A DNA stretch of 64,000 nt from the human T2T-CHM13v2.0 reference genome, Homo sapiens (GCF_009914755.1 NC_060935.1); one strand, 5' to 3'; numbered from the stretch's first letter, positions 12,041 to 26,769 are shown. A program made the numbers and translations. The notes: generated from the sequence alone by a model not told the origin.

Positions 12041-13715
12041 CACACAGCCCTGGTATCTGACTTAGGTGTTCCCCAGGTCTGTCTGGCCCAGAAAGCTGTG
12101 AATCTCAAAGCCCACGCAAGACACATGGCTTGGGTGCCCTTTAGTACTGGGGTAGCTGTAGTGGTCACAGTCTCATGGGACACAATAGTCAGTCTTCTTA
12201 GAGTCTCTGGAAGGTCCTCTAAAGAAGTACAGGCACAAAAAAGACTGCAAAGTAAAATAAATACCTATTTCCTCAATTTGCAGAAATTGTTACATCCACA
12301 AGCATCAAGAACATTCAGGGAAATATTACCTCACCAAATGGACAAAGTAAGGCACTAGAGACCAACCCTAAAGTGATGGAGATGTGTGATCTCTCAGACA
12401 AAGAATTCAAAACAACTACTTCAAGGAAGCTCAATGAACTTCAAAGAATACAGAGGATGAATTCTGAAATTTGTCAGAGAAATGTAACAGATAAATCAAA
12501 ATAATAAAAAAAATTCTAGAGCTTAAAAATACAATGAATGAAATGAAAAATGTAATAGAATCAACAACAGAAATAAAACAGAAGAATAAATGAGCTTAAA
12601 GACAAACTATTTAAAACACAGAGGAAAAATGAAAAAAATGAAATAAAGAAAGCTTATGGACTCTATGGAACAATGTTAAAGCAAATATTTGTGTTATTGG
12701 CATTAAAGAGGGAATGGAGAAAAGCAATGTGATAAAAAGCTTATTAAAAAAAAAAACCCAAAACTTTGCAAACCTGGAAAAAAATATAAATATTCAGGTA
12801 CAGAAAGGTGAAAGGTGAACAAGCATATTCAACCCAAATAAGAATAACTTAAGACATATTCTAATCAAATTTGCAAAGGTTAAAGACAAAGAGGATTCTC
12901 AAAGCTGTGAGACAATAAAATCAAATAACATACAAGGCAGATTCAAATATATAAAATAGCCAAGTATATAAAGCACTGGAGCATCCAAATATATAAAGTA
13001 AATACTAATAGATCTAAGGGAAAAATAAACTGCGATATAATAGCATTAGGGACTTTAGCACCCTATTTTCAGCAATGGACAGATCATCCAGATAGAAAAA
13101 TCAACAAGGAAACATCAAATTTAAAATGCCCTCTAGACCACATAGACCTAACAGGCATTTATAGAACATTTCATTCAACTGCTACAGAATAAATATTCTT
13201 TCCTCCAGCACATGGAACATTCTCCACAATAGATCATATGTTAAGCCACGAAACAAGTCTCAACAAATTTTAAAAGGTCAAAATAATATTAAGTCTCTTT
13301 TCTGACCACGATGTAACAAAAGTGAAAATCAGCAAAAAGAAGAAATTTAGAAACTTTACAGATACATGGAAATTAAACAACATGCTCATGAACAACCAAT
13401 GAGTCAATGAAAAAATCAAAATGAAAATTTTAAAAATTCTCAAAACAAATGAAACTGGGAGCACTTTCATACCAAAAGCTATGGGATATAGTGAAAGCAG
13501 TACTCTAAGGGAAATATATAACAATAAATATCTACATAAAAAATCTAAAAACTTCAAATAACCTATCAATGCACCTCACAGAGCTAGAAAATAAGAACAA
13601 ACCCAACTTATATTATTAAATAAACTTAATATTAATAATAAATTTATTATTTAATAATAAATATCAGTTCTAAATAAATATCCCATAGGTTTTGGTGTGG
13701 TGTTTTCTACTTTCA

Positions 13716-13767
13716 TTTTCCATTACTTTTAATGGCAAAAAAAGCATTACTTTTGCACCAAACTAAT
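13716..13767. mobile_element. Partial MADE1 (mariner-derived MITE)
   Basis: 'ccattacttttaatggcaaaaaaagcattacttttgcaccaaactaa' matches the MADE1 centre and right TIR. Confidence 0.8.
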
Positions 13768-15720
13768 ACAACACAAAAATAAAAATCAGACCATATATAA
13801 ATGAAATTGATACTAAAAAAATACAAAAGATCAATGAGATGAAAATCTGGTTTTTTAAAGACAAACAAAATTAACAAACCTGTAGCTAGATTAAGACAAG
13901 AAAAGAGAAGAGCCATATAAACAAAATGAGAGAAGAGCCATATAAACAAAATTAGAGATGAAAAAGGAGACATTACAACTGATACCACAGAAATACAAAG
14001 GATCATTAGAGACAACTATATGCCAACACATTAGGAAACCTAGAAGAAATTAGTGAATAAATTTCTGGACATATACAACTTACCACAAGTGAATCAGGAA
14101 GAAATAGAAAACATGAACAAATAAGTATAATGAGATCAAAGAAGTAATAAAAAGTCTCCTATCAAAAAAATGCCTAGGACCTGATGGCTTCACTGCTGAC
14201 CTCTACCAAACATTTAAAGAAGAACTAACACCACTTCTACTCAAACTATTCAAAAACATTGAAAAGAAAATACTTCCAAACTCATTGTATGAGGCCAGCA
14301 TTACCCTAGTAACAGAACTAGACAAGGACACAGCACCTAAGAAAGCTACAGGCTAATATGCCTGATAAACATAGATGCAAAAATTCTCAATAAAATACTA
14401 GCAAACTGGATACCACACATTAAAAACATCATTTACCATAATCAAGTGGGATTTAGTCCAGGGATGCACAGATGGTTCAACCTACAAAAATCAATCAACA
14501 TAATACATCACATTAACAGAATCAAGGACAAAAACAATACTATCATTTCAATTGATGCTGGAAAAACATTTGGTAAAATTCAACATCTCTTTATGATAAG
14601 AACTTTTAACCAACTGGGTATAGAAGGAGCATACTTTTAAAATGATAAAGTCCGTATATGACAAACCGACAGCTAACAACATACTGAATGGGGAAAAATT
14701 GAAAGCATTTCCATAAGATACCGAACAAGATGAAGATGCTCACTTTCACCACTTTCATTCAATATAGTAGTAGACGTCCTAACCAGAGCAATTAGACAAG
14801 GAAAAGAAATAAAGAGCATCCAAAATGGAAAGGAAGAGGTCAAATTTTATCCTTGTTTGCAGAAGACATGATCTTCTTGTTAGAAAAACCTAAACACTTT
14901 AGCAGAAAACTGTTAGAACTAATAAATTTGGTAAAGTTGCAGGATATAGCATCAACATACAAAAATCAGTAGCATTTCTATATGTTAACTGCAATCAATC
15001 TGAAAAAGAAACCAAGAAGGCAATCCCATTAACAATAGTTACCAAATAATTAAAATACCTAGAAATAAATTTAACCAAAGAAGTGAAAGATCTCTTCAAT
15101 GACAATTATAAAACTCTGATGAAAATAAATTGAAGAGAACACACAAACAAATAGAAAGATATCCCATGCTAATGAATTGGAAGAATTACTATTAAAATAT
15201 CCATACTCCCCAAAGCAATCTACGAATTCAATGCAATCCTTTTTAAAACATCAATGACATTCTTCACATAAACAGAAAAAAAAAACTCCTAAAATTTGTA
15301 TGGACACAAAGATCTTGAAAAGCCAAAGCAATCCTGGGCAAAAAGTAAAGCTGGAAGCATCACATTGCCTGACTTCAAACTGTACTACAAAGCTACAGTA
15401 ACCAAAACATCATGGTACTGGCATAAAAACAGACACACAGGCCAATGAAACAGAATAGAGAATCCAGAAATAAATCCACACATTTACAGTCAACTCATTT
15501 TCAACAAAGGTGTCAAGAAAATGCATTGGAGAAGGGACAGACTATTCAAGAAATGGTGCTGAGAAAAGTGGATATCCACACGCAGAAAAATAAAAATAGA
15601 TCCCTACCTCTCACTTTACACCAAAAGTCAACTCAAAATGGAGTAAAGTCTTAAATGTAAAACATAAAACTATAAAACTAACAAACTAAATGTCCATCAG
15701 TGAATTAATGGATAAAGAAA

Positions 15721-15780
15721 TATATATAATTCATATATATGTGTGTGTATATATATATATATATAGATATATATATATAT
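15721..15780. repeat. (TA)n-rich microsatellite inside L1
   Basis: Directly visible. Confidence 0.9.
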
Positions 15781-16546
15781 AACAATGGAATATTATTCAG
15801 CCATAAAAAGAAATAAAATTCTGTCATTTGCAGCAACATGGATAGAAATGGAGGTCAGTGTGCTAAGTGAAATAAACCAGGTACAAAAAGACAAATAACA
15901 TATGTTCTCAACCATATTTGGGAGCTAAAAAAAAGTGGATCTCATGGAGGTAGAAAATATAATGGGGTTACCAGAGACTGAGAAGGCTATAAGGGAAAGG
16001 AGGTTGAAGAGAAGCTGGTAAATAGGTACAAAAACACAGTTCAATAGAAGAAAAAAGTTACAGTGTTCAATAGTATAGTGGAATAACTATGGTTAACACT
16101 CATTCATTGTGTATGTATGTCAGAATAGCTGTAAAAGAATTGGAATGTTGCCAACACAAAAAACAGATAAATGTTTGGGGTGATGGATAGCCCTGTTACC
16201 TGGATTTGATCATTACACATTGTATACATGTATCAAAATAGCGCATGTATCCCCAAAATATGTACAACTATTATGTATCAATTTTGAAAAATCTAAAACA
16301 TAAAAGTTCCCTATGGGATTCAAATGAGCAGCCCAATTAGGAAAGACTGACCCAGACAGTAAGTATTAGCAAAGAAAGAGATCAGAGTGTGATGTGGTTA
16401 TCTATTCAACTATATCTTCTCCTTGTATCAAAAAGATTTCTAAGACTTACTCAAGATCCAATCTTTTTGTTCTACATTTTTTCAAATGTAACACAGAATA
16501 CTTGCATTCCTTTACATAATCAATAGACACAATGTTTTATATAGCA

Positions 16547-16948
16547 TTATATGGTTTGGATCTATGTCACCCCCACCCTCAAATCTCATGTGGAATTGTA
16601 ATCCCCAGTGTTGGAGGTGGGGACGGGTGGGAGGTGATTTGATCATGGGGGGCAGATTTCCCCTACTGTACTATCCTCAAGATAATGAGTTCTCATGAGA
16701 TCTGGTTTTTTAAAAGTGTGTGGCACCTCCCTGATCTCTATCTTCCTCCTGCTGTGGCTATGTGAAGTGCTGGCTCCCCCTTCGCCTTCTGCCATGATTG
16801 GAAGCTCCCTGAGGCTTTCCCAGAACCAGGTGCCAGCATCATGCTTCCTGTACAGCATGTGGAACCATGAGTCCATTAAACCTATTTTCTTTATAAATTA
16901 CTCAGTCTCAGGTATTTCTTTACAGAAATGCAAGAACAGACTAATACA
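16547..16948 (+). mobile_element. MSTA/MSTB solo LTR (ERVL-MaLR), inserted in a MIR
   Basis: 'atggtttggatctatgtc...caaatctcatgtggaattgtaatcccc...attaaacct...gactaataca'. 5-bp TSD tagca/tagta. Confidence 0.92.
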
Positions 16949-16949
16949 T

Positions 16950-17150
16950 AGTAGAAAGACCTAAGAATTTGAAGCCAGATAGACCTGGGTTGGAATTCTA
17001 GCTCTGCCCCTTCAAAGCATGTGACGTTGAGGAAGTCATTTATCCACTTGAAGTCTCAAACTCCTTTTTGGCAAAAAATTGAGTTATTGATATTTCTTTG
17101 ATATAACGAATATGAAAGCACCAAATACATGGTATATAAGTAATAAAGGT
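16950..17150 (+). mobile_element. MIR
   Basis: 'gaagccagatagacctgggttggaattctagctctgcc...gtgacgttgaggaagtcattt'. Confidence 0.75.
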
Positions 17151-17273
17151 TTGCTTTATTTTATCCCAATAAATGTGAACAGATATTTCTACACTTCAGT
17201 AAAACAAAATAAAATGGGAAATCTCCTGAATTTGTAATGAAGTCGATTCTACTCTATTCCTTCTTACTGGTTA

Positions 17274-17537
<264 letters not shown>

Positions 17538-20046
17538 TCAATTTCCTCTGGGCAGTTGTTTTTCATAGCTACACTTACCATAGTTCTAATGGTATAATTC
17601 ATTATCTCATCATCGACTGGACATTTCATCAAACACATTTCACTGTTGAGACAACTTGTCAGTGATATTCAATTTGCTGTCTCATCAGCAATATAGTATA
17701 TAGTAATTAAATTTTTATCATGGCATCTCATCCCTATTGCTCATCCATAATTCATATTTTTCTGTCAAACATCAACCCTACATATATTGTACTAATGAGG
17801 AGGGAAAACAGAGTTTACCTTCTCAGATGTCTTCTTAGACTGTGTAAACAATTGCATTCTTTTTCTAAGAGGAGGGCTAGCCAAAGGCACAATTGTGAAG
17901 CAAAAGCCCTACTCCCCCAGCCTACCTTCCAGGTATTTGCCAACCTACACATATCATCTACAACAAATTCTCTCTAAAGTACTAATGATTATTTAAAACA
18001 ATTATAAATCCAATTTATCTTTCAAGCTGTAATGCAAAAACTACTCCTTCTATATTTTTTATTCTTCATCAGTAGCATTTGAGCTACCAACTTCTGGACT
18101 GACCTTCCCATTATTTTGTGAGGTTACCAGTGGGTAAGTTCAAGTCCTTTTTTAATGCAATTCTCAGTGCTTAACACAATGCTTGGCACATAGACCCATT
18201 ACATGTGTCAAATTTTATTTAAATGAGTCAATTTTATATTCTGAGAGAATATTTACATTTTGAAAGAAATATGAAAAGAATGAAAGCTTATATATCCAAA
18301 AATTCATATTTTGGCACTTAGATGAAGGAGATATTTATATATGGGGTGGGAATGGAACTTTCTTATCACTACTCAAATTATATCACATTGTGTGCAGACT
18401 GTTTCACCCACTCATCTATCTCTCCAGCCTCCTTTTTACCCCTAGACTCTAACATAACTATTCCTTCTGCTTGATTGCCCTTTCATGCCCTCTACATCTG
18501 GTAAACTGCTTTTTATCCTTCAAAACCCATTTCAAAAGTAACCTCCTCCAAGAAGCCCTTCCAGGCATTCTCCACCTCTTCTGAGTTTCCAGAAGTGGCA
18601 TACTGTGTTTATGCCTCTAGTAATAGTACATAGCTACCAGCAATGGGGTACTTACTGTGGACAGACATTATATTAGATATTTTATAGAACTTACCCAGTT
18701 TTATTCTTGTTAGAACCATATGAAATAGATGTTCATTTCATTCTTGAAAAACATATTCAAAGTAGTTAAGTAACCTACTGAAGATCACACAGGTGGTAAT
18801 CAACAAAGCAGGAATGGAAGCTAGACTCTGACTCCAAAGCCCAGAATATTTTCCATGTATCATACAGTTTCAAAATTAATGACAAAATGACTGAATGAAT
18901 GATGACTGTGACAAAGGATAGCATGTCCTCATGAGCACACATATGGCTAAGATAAATTTCAAATTTCACTCTCTCTTCCACATTTTATATTTGATATGCT
19001 AGCGTATACTAAGATACCTTTGTTAAGATAGCTAAGGCATGCAGAAAAAAAAAACAATTTCAATTTCAATATGATACTCTTAGAATCATGACAAAGACCT
19101 TCTATTGTAACTAAGCATTTTAGAACACAGTTTTGCAACTCAAAACCTCAGTGTCAAGCCAGTCTTATTATGTGTTCTTTCCATTTAAGCCCATTCTGAT
19201 CACATTTTCCCTGGATCAGCCCCAGTGGTCCCAACAGGGAGCTATAACATGCACAAAATGTCTGCTGAGCCAGGTTAAATGAATTTCAGTTAAGGGACTA
19301 ATATTATTAACATTATATGATGATTTGCAATTATCAGTCAAATAAGATCAGCTACCAGAGAACCAGGGAGTCCTTAGTAAGAGGTGAACCACAAAATCAG
19401 CACACTCCCTCCTCAATGAGTTTATAATCTAAATGGGCAATTGCAAACAAGGGAGGGATAGAAGGGCTCTCCGGGGAGAGGTGAGAAGGAGTCCTTCATT
19501 TGTTCTTGTCCTCAATGAAAAAGGCTTATGTAAGAAAACAAGTTCAACCGTACTCCCCTATCTACCCTCCCGCAATATGTAAGTCCTTTGCAAGTACACT
19601 GGGTTCATGCACTGATAATTGAGAGGTGGCTGTGGTTCAGCAAAAAGCACTGATCTGGACTTTAGAACCCAAGGATTCTAGTCCTAAATCTGCCACTAAC
19701 TAGCTCTATGACCTTGCTCCCTAACTATTCATCTTCTACAGTCCCTGTTTCTCATCAATAAAAATAAAGATCACACTAGTTCAATCTGAGAGCCTCCAAC
19801 TCTAAAATGCAGTACCTTAGCACTGAATACAAATACTTAGTTAAGTTCAATTTCTCCCACTCTGTTTCCAAGCTAACATCAATGTTGATTTTTTTTAGAT
19901 TTTTAGCAACCTGCCCCAGTATAGATTCTTCTTGTACTAGGGCTGGTACAAGAAGGCATCAAAGACCATGGAGCAGAATTGTTTACACAATTCTGATTTA
20001 ATGCCTCCAGCTCTTCTCTGAACTTATGGGCACAAAGAAATCAGTC

Positions 20047-20351
20047 TTTTTTTTTTTTTTTTTTTTTTTTTTTTGAGACAGAGACTTTCTCCCTGCCCTG
20101 TCCCCAGGCCTGCAACCTCTGCCTCCCAGGTTCAAGCAATTCTCCTGCCTTAGCCTCCTGAGTAGCTGGAATTACAGGAGCACACTACCACACCCAGCTA
20201 ACTTTTTTTTTTTTTTTTTTTTTGTATGTTCAGTAGAAACAGGGTTTCACCATGTTGGCTAGGCTGATCTTGAACTCCTGACCTCAAGTAATCCACCCGC
20301 CTCGGCCTCCCAAAGTTCTGGGATTATAGGCATGAGCCACCATAACCAGCC
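20047..20351 (-). mobile_element. AluS (Sx/Sz-like) with ~25-bp deletion in the right arm
   Basis: Two poly-T tracts and 'ctgacctcaagtaatccacccgcctcggcctcccaaag'. Degenerate TSD agaaatcagtct/agaaagcagtct. Confidence 0.9.
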
Positions 20352-20399
20352 TAGAAAGCAGTCTCTTCACCGAAATTCATTTATATAATCCAAAAATTT

Positions 20400-21165
20400 C
20401 TTTATAATCTGACCTTCCAATACTCCTCTGATTTCATCTCCTATTTCCAATCATGGACTCCTCTTCAGCTGCCTCCTTGCTGGTCCTCTGTCACACCAAG
20501 CAGACTCCTGCCCTCAGAGGCTTTGTACCTTTTATTCTCCCTACCTAGAATATCTCCCTTTTTCATAACTGCCTAGTTTGAGCTCTCACTTTCTTCAGGT
20601 TTTCATTAATAAGTCACTTTTTCAATAACACCTGCCCTCATCATCCTTTCTGCCCACTCACCATTTCATATCCTCCATCCCTACTTTATTCTGTCCTGAA
20701 CTTTGATCATAATCTAATTAATTATTTATCTTGTTGATCATCTGTCTTCCCCATTAGAATGTAAACCCAGTAAAGACATATTTTTTTGGGTCAGTTTAAT
20801 TCCCTTCAATATTCCAAGTACCTAGAGTAGTGCTTAGGATATAGGAGGCAGGTAATAAATATTTGTTGAACAGATGAATAAGCCCTCATGTCTCACCACT
20901 CTCCCCCTAATTCACTGTGCTCCAGACACACTTGTCTTCTCCTTCCCTTATCATGCACACCAAACATCCTCCCCCTCAGAGCCTTTGTATTGTACTTCCT
21001 TCTGCCTCGGATCTCCTTTCAAAGATATCCATATGGGGTTTTTTCCCACATTTTATTCAGACCTATATCCAAATGTTGTCATGTCCAAGAAGCCTTCTCA
21101 GGTCAAATTATCTAAAATGGCAGTCTCATTTTTCATACACTTTTCTTATACTTTTTTTTTCCTTT
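20400..21165 (+). mobile_element. L2 fragments
   Basis: 'tctgtcttcccattagaatgtaaac', 'cctagagtagtgcttagg...aataaatatttgttgaacagatgaat'. Confidence 0.7.
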
Positions 21166-21170
21166 ATAAC

Positions 21171-21636
21171 CGTGGCAGTGGTGGAACTAAGCCACTCCGA
21201 TCTCTTTCAAAAGAACTTTCTTGGGGAGCAAATTGACTGACAGTCCCAACTGTCTGTATTCACCTCTGCATGCTCTGAGGCCAAGCCTTCCCCAAGATGT
21301 TCCCAGCCAGTATTTCAGCACAGCAGGAATAATACTTTAAGACTATTCCTAATGACTCGGGACTCCTCTAATAGGCAACTTGGGCTCAGGAACTACCCAT
21401 CAACTTAGCTGAAACTTCTTTAAAACTGCTACAATCTGAGATTCTTCTTCCCTAAACCTTCTTCCTTCTCCCTTCCATTTCACAGGCTTCAGACCTGCAT
21501 AATAGCCTGAAGGCTCTCCTGTCTAATCTTATTCCCTCCCCTTCATCTTTCACAGGTATCTCCCCCTTTAAATCTCATTCTTATACCATCTAATTCTGTC
21601 TTGGTGTTTGCTTCTTGGAGTACCTGAAATAATACA
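21171..21636 (+). mobile_element. LTR16-family solo LTR (ERVL)
   Basis: 'aattgactgacagtcccaactg', 'ggcaacttgggctcagga', 3' end 'tgtcttggtgtttgcttcttggagtacctgaaataataca'. TSD ataac/ataaa. Confidence 0.75.
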
Positions 21637-23781
21637 ATAAAACTTATAGCATATTCAATATTAATTTGTTTATTTGTAGTTGCTCATCTCTACCTCATGA
21701 AGGTTGAGACTTGGTCTGTTTTATTAACTACTAGATCTACAGCATGTAGAATGATGCTTGCAAAGACCAAATATCTTTGGTAGACAAATATTACTGCTAC
21801 ATATTATTTCATTTATTTGTGAAAGAAAATAATGAGTGTCTAGTATGTTTTAGGCACTATGTTAAGTACTCAGTAGATCAAGGGTCTAGTGGAAGAGATA
21901 AATATATAAACGAGTAATTATAACTCACTATCTCAAGGATTTATTAAAAGTATTCACAATGTATGGAGCACAAATAACTTCATAAACAGTTAATAATTTA
22001 AATCCTATACATGTTTAAGGTATTGTTAATATCCCATGAACTATAGAAAGGGTAATTCAACCCCAACAACTAAGTTCCCTTGTCTCAGCCAAGACCTCCT
22101 CAGAAGTAAGGTGTCCCTTGTGAAAATTTTCTTCAGGTATATAAAGTGAAGTGAAGGCTATCCCTTGCTGTATAAGAGTACCCTGCTCAAGATTACACTG
22201 ATTGGCTAGGTAAAAAAGGTAAATAAGTTTGTGGTTCTATGCCCTAGGAAAACAATCTGTGAACCAGATAAATTATTGGAACTTTTCTAGCTCAAGCTTC
22301 AAAAAATGGTCCCATGCAAATATCACCTATTCTATGAACATTTATGATACCCTCACTACTCGTCGAGGTCACTCCTTTTATATGTTGAAGCACTCTGTGC
22401 TTCTCCTTCCTAGCAGTTACCAAAAGTGTAATTTATTAGTCATTTGGGAGCTATCTCATTAGTAGATAATAAGCTCCATGAGAAAACTACATCTATTATA
22501 TTAACTGCTATATCTCCATTGCCTGGCAAGGAAAAAGGTCTCTATATTTCTTGAATGGCTGTATAAAATAATGACTGATTAATTAAATGAAAAGTTTCTG
22601 CTTATCTACCTAATTGTAAAAATTATCTCCCTCATCAAAATTCCCATTGCATTTTATCTATTATCTTACACTCCCCCTCTATCCATCATATATCCATATA
22701 TCCCACCTTATATCCATATATCCCCTATATCCATTCATGATGTAGATATAAACTTTACAAATAAAGAAGAGTAGTACACCTCGACCCCACTAGTCACAGA
22801 AAAATTGTCAGTCTTTGGATTCAGTTGCTCTTGAGATCATTCATCCTTCCCAGATGTTGACCCCCCGAATCGAGATTTGAAGGTGACAAGTAATAGTCCT
22901 CTGATTTCCACTCACTCCCTCTCCTCTCCCCTTTCTTTCTCCGTCTTTCTCTCTCTCTCTGTCTTCCTCTCTCTTTATAAGAAGCTATGAAGGCAGAAGC
23001 ATAGTAAAAAATGAATGGGTTTGAGTTAGAAATTCTACTTGGTCTGAGTTCCATTTCTGTCTTTTCCATCACAACTGATTTGCTGATCATTGAGGACTGA
23101 CTGTGCTGACTTACAGGAAAACAACCATTAATATTAGGAAAAGCCTAGAGAGATGAGGACCAACAAAATCTCTAGTTGAGTAATGTAATCTAACCTGAAA
23201 ATCTGTAGCAATCAGGCCTACAAGAGTAACAAAAACTAATGCTCAGCATTTCTGCATCTGCTATCAAAAAATATCAAAGCACTCTCACATCTACTATCTC
23301 CTTATTTTCCCTCACTATAATCTTTAAGTGCTAGGCAACTAAGGCATTGAGAAGTTAAATGACCTGCCCAAGGTCACACAGCAAACTGATGACTCATATC
23401 TCAATGTTCTTTCTATTAAGCAACAGGGAGGTAAGTTGAACATCTGATCAAATAAAAGACCTTTCTCATCCTATTACCTCAACTGTCTCTCTATGTCTTT
23501 AAGGCATGAAATTAAGAAGTAACCAGATAAAAGTAAGATGAAAACTGCTACTGCCTTTGCTACAAAATGTGAGTAGGTAGGCTTTGCTGTAATTATGGAG
23601 AATACATATCTGATTTAACTCCCTTATTTCTTTACTGTCTGGATATTTGGTAATATTTGATAGGACCACAAAGGCATAAAATGAAGAAAGAGGGAAAGAA
23701 AAAAAACCATATAGATAAATGTAGAAACATTAGAATTTGCCATAATGATTCCAAAGGGTCTCTCAGAGTTAAGGTAGATGC

Positions 23782-24454
23782 TGTTGATGAAAAGAGTAAA
23801 ATTCTCTAAAATATTTGAAGAGATTTATTCTGAGCCAAATATGAGTGATCAATGGCCGCTGACATAGCCCTCAGGAGATACAGAGAACATGTGCCCAAAG
23901 TGGTCAGGCTACAACTTGGTTTTATACATTTTAGGGAGACATAAGGCATCAATTAATACATGTAAGATGTACATTGGTTTAGTCCAGAAAGGCAGGACAA
24001 CTGGAAGCTGAGTGGGGGTGGGGGTGGAACACTTCCAGTTCATAGGTGGATTCAAAGATTTTCTCACTGGCACTTAGCTAAAAGAGTTATTATCTAAAGA
24101 CCTGGAATCAGTAGAGAGGAATGTCTGGGGTATGAGAAGCAGTTGTGAAAACCAAGGTTTTATTATCCAGATGAAGCCTACAGGTAGCAGGCTTCAAAAA
24201 GAATAAATTGTAAATGTTTCTTATCAGACTTAGTCTATTTTATCAGCCTAAGTTCTCTGTTGATGTTAATGCTGGTCAGCTGTGAGGCATGTCTGACCCA
24301 TCCCCCTGCAGTTCTGAACTACCAGTTGATTTCTAGGAGATTCTACTATGCTGTCTTAATTAGAACCTTTCTATGTCTCAACTTTGGAATGCCCTTGGTG
24401 GACAGGAAGGGTATGTTCAGGTGGCTGGGGGACTTAGAATTGTATTGGTTTACA
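23782..24454 (-). mobile_element. MER4A/MER4A1-type solo LTR (ERV1)
   Basis: 'tgttgatgaaaagagt...gagatttattctgagccaaatatgagtga...gaacatgtgccca...ggtttaca'. TG...CA ends and a perfect 4-bp TSD atgc. Confidence 0.92.
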
Positions 24455-26030
24455 ATGCACTAAGAGGACTTTAGGGTCCTGCCTTAAGAGGAACCTTAGA
24501 CAGAAGGTGATAGTACAATGGAAAAACAGGGAAGAAAGTGGGAGCAGGTCACATTGCCACAGGCCTCAGTTCATATTTCTAACCCAAACCCCAAAGTAAA
24601 GAAGATAAGCTCTGCATCTTACCTGCTCCTTTTGAATCTCCTCCTTCTCATTATAGTAGGTTAGTTCCAGGGCTCCGCTAAACTTCAGGGTAGAACAAGA
24701 AAATTACCTCAGCCCATGCTGTTCACTCCTACCATGTCCCGTTGTGAGCCCCATAAAAGCTGAATATGGAGATTTCTCATCTTCCCAGTCTCTACGGTCT
24801 ACCCTCTCCTTTCAGCTGCTACTTTTTTCTCTATAGCTCAACTCCTTTTTAGCTCTCGTCTTGATTATTAGGACAACCTTCTGGTTCTTTTTACTTCCTC
24901 CAGTGTCAGCCACTCAAGTCATTGCTTGACACTATTTCAAAACTCACATTCCTGAAGTAGATAGCTGATCTCTACAACACCTCGCAAAAATCTTTGAAAA
25001 TTTCTCAACTAAATAAAGAATACAGTTGAAATTCCTCAACTTCATATGCAATTCTTACCCATCTCTCCCTACACGTCCCTGCCCACTACCAATATATACT
25101 CCACTGTGGCCAATTAAATTCACAAACCTGACTTGCATTTACTCATCTGACACTACTCTCACACTTTTCCCAGAGCCTAGGATATCCTCCCACAAGTATC
25201 TACATCTCTTCTTGCAGTATATGTTTCCCCTCTCATCTGAATTTCATCTTGATTTTAAAATATCCTAAGCTGGTCTCCAAGACTACTTAGCTTCAGGTGA
25301 TAAGGCTTAGCTCAACACTTTGGATATCCACATAAAACTACTTTAAACTTTTGTTAAATTTATCTTCTTAAATTAGGAAACTTGATTTTTTTATATACAT
25401 ACAAGACCAATAAATACTCTGTAATAAATATTCAGTTTCTAAGAGACCAGTAACTAAGACTTTTCCATTTATTTGCCTGGGTGCTCTGAATGATAAATCT
25501 TTTATCAAAAATAGAGAGATTTGTGGGTAAGACAAATTGCTCCATAATACTTTCACAATGAAAACTTATCCAAGTCAGATCTGGCCCCAAATATCAATTC
25601 CCTGTGCATTTGTATTCTGACGAACCTATCACAGTGACCTATTTTCATACCAGTGACTAAGTTAAGAACGTGATTGCTTTTGAAAGAAACTGAAATAAAA
25701 ATTCCAAGAATGGTATTAGGAGAAATGAATAAATCAAACATGATTTTCTACAAACACAAGTTCATAATTTAAGCCTGCTAAAACATGTGTGTATTTTCAG
25801 AATGAGAGGAGGTGTTTGATGTTATAAGTCCATTGTGACTGAATAAAAAATTACAGACCAGTTCAGTTTTTTAATGGCATTATGGGTGCTTACTAATTTT
25901 TTGCTAATGGTTACTGATAAAACAAAATTTAAAACATAAACGTTTGCTGAATCCTGTGAAAATCTCTTTTTCTCAAATACTTTCATTTAATTTATTTAAC
26001 AATTATATATGAAGAACACATTCTGTGTGC

Positions 26031-26510
26031 TGAAGGAATTCAGAATATGCCACCTCAAAATATTCCACTTTGACCTAAGGATTATTTTCAGCTGAAAGCA
26101 ATTGAGAAAAAGCAGACAAAGAGCAAACTCTCTGCCCTCACCTTTTCTACAAGGAAGGGCAAGATGATTTTTAATTATAGGAGACGATTCTAGACTCTTA
26201 ACCCAAAGATGTTCCAGAAGAATCTACATAACAAAATCTTACTAAAACAACCCTTATCTTCCATTAGTTTCCTCATATATTTACAGTTTGCTACCCCTAA
26301 AAGCCTATTTTTCTTTGTCTTGTCCCTTCTCTACAAATTTACTCTTCTTTGTTAAAATGCTACATAAACCCAAGTTCCTACCACCCCTTTGAATTACACA
26401 ATGCATGCATTAATAAACTTGTTTGTTTTTCTCTTGTAATATGTCTTTTGTCAATTTAATTTACAGGGAATGAACCTAAGGAAGTAGAGAGAAAAAGGTT
26501 TCTTATCCCT
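26031..26510 (+). mobile_element. MER34/MER39-family solo LTR (ERV1)
   Basis: 'tgaaggaattcagaatatgccacctcaaaatattccactttg...aataaacttgtttgtttttctcttgt...gaacctaagg'. Confidence 0.75.
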
Positions 26511-26649
26511 CATTTACAGTTTCAAGAACTTAAAATATACACAATGCTTGTCTTCAAGGATCCTAAATTCTAGTGAAGAAGGACAATTAAACAGATCATT
26601 AGGATATAAAAATAATTTGGAAGTTAAAAAAAAAAAAAAGGAAGCACAG

Positions 26650-26769
26650 ACTGGCACAATGATGTGCATTTGTAGTCCCAGCTACTCCAGAGGCTGAGGA
26701 GAGAGGATCCCTGAATGCAGGAGTTCAGATCCACCCTGGGCAATACAGTAGAAACCTCATCTCAAAAAA
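26650..26769 (+). mobile_element. FLAM (free left Alu monomer)
   Basis: 'tgtagtcccagctactccagaggctgagg...caggagttcagatccaccctgggcaata...catctcaaaaaa'. Single monomer. Confidence 0.75.

Larger units (their letters stand above)
10571..16302 (+). mobile_element. Near-full-length, internally deleted L1MA (L1MA3-5-like) with L1M2-type 5' UTR; ORF1/ORF2 pseudogenised
   Basis: 5' terminus 'gtgacatcaacaagatggcagaata'. ORF1-like sequence at ~12280-12945 and an RT remnant (ORF 14446: [46 protein letters not shown]). L1MA 3' end 'aaatatgtacaactattatgtatcaat'. Deletions at ~12950 and ~15680. Confidence 0.92.
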
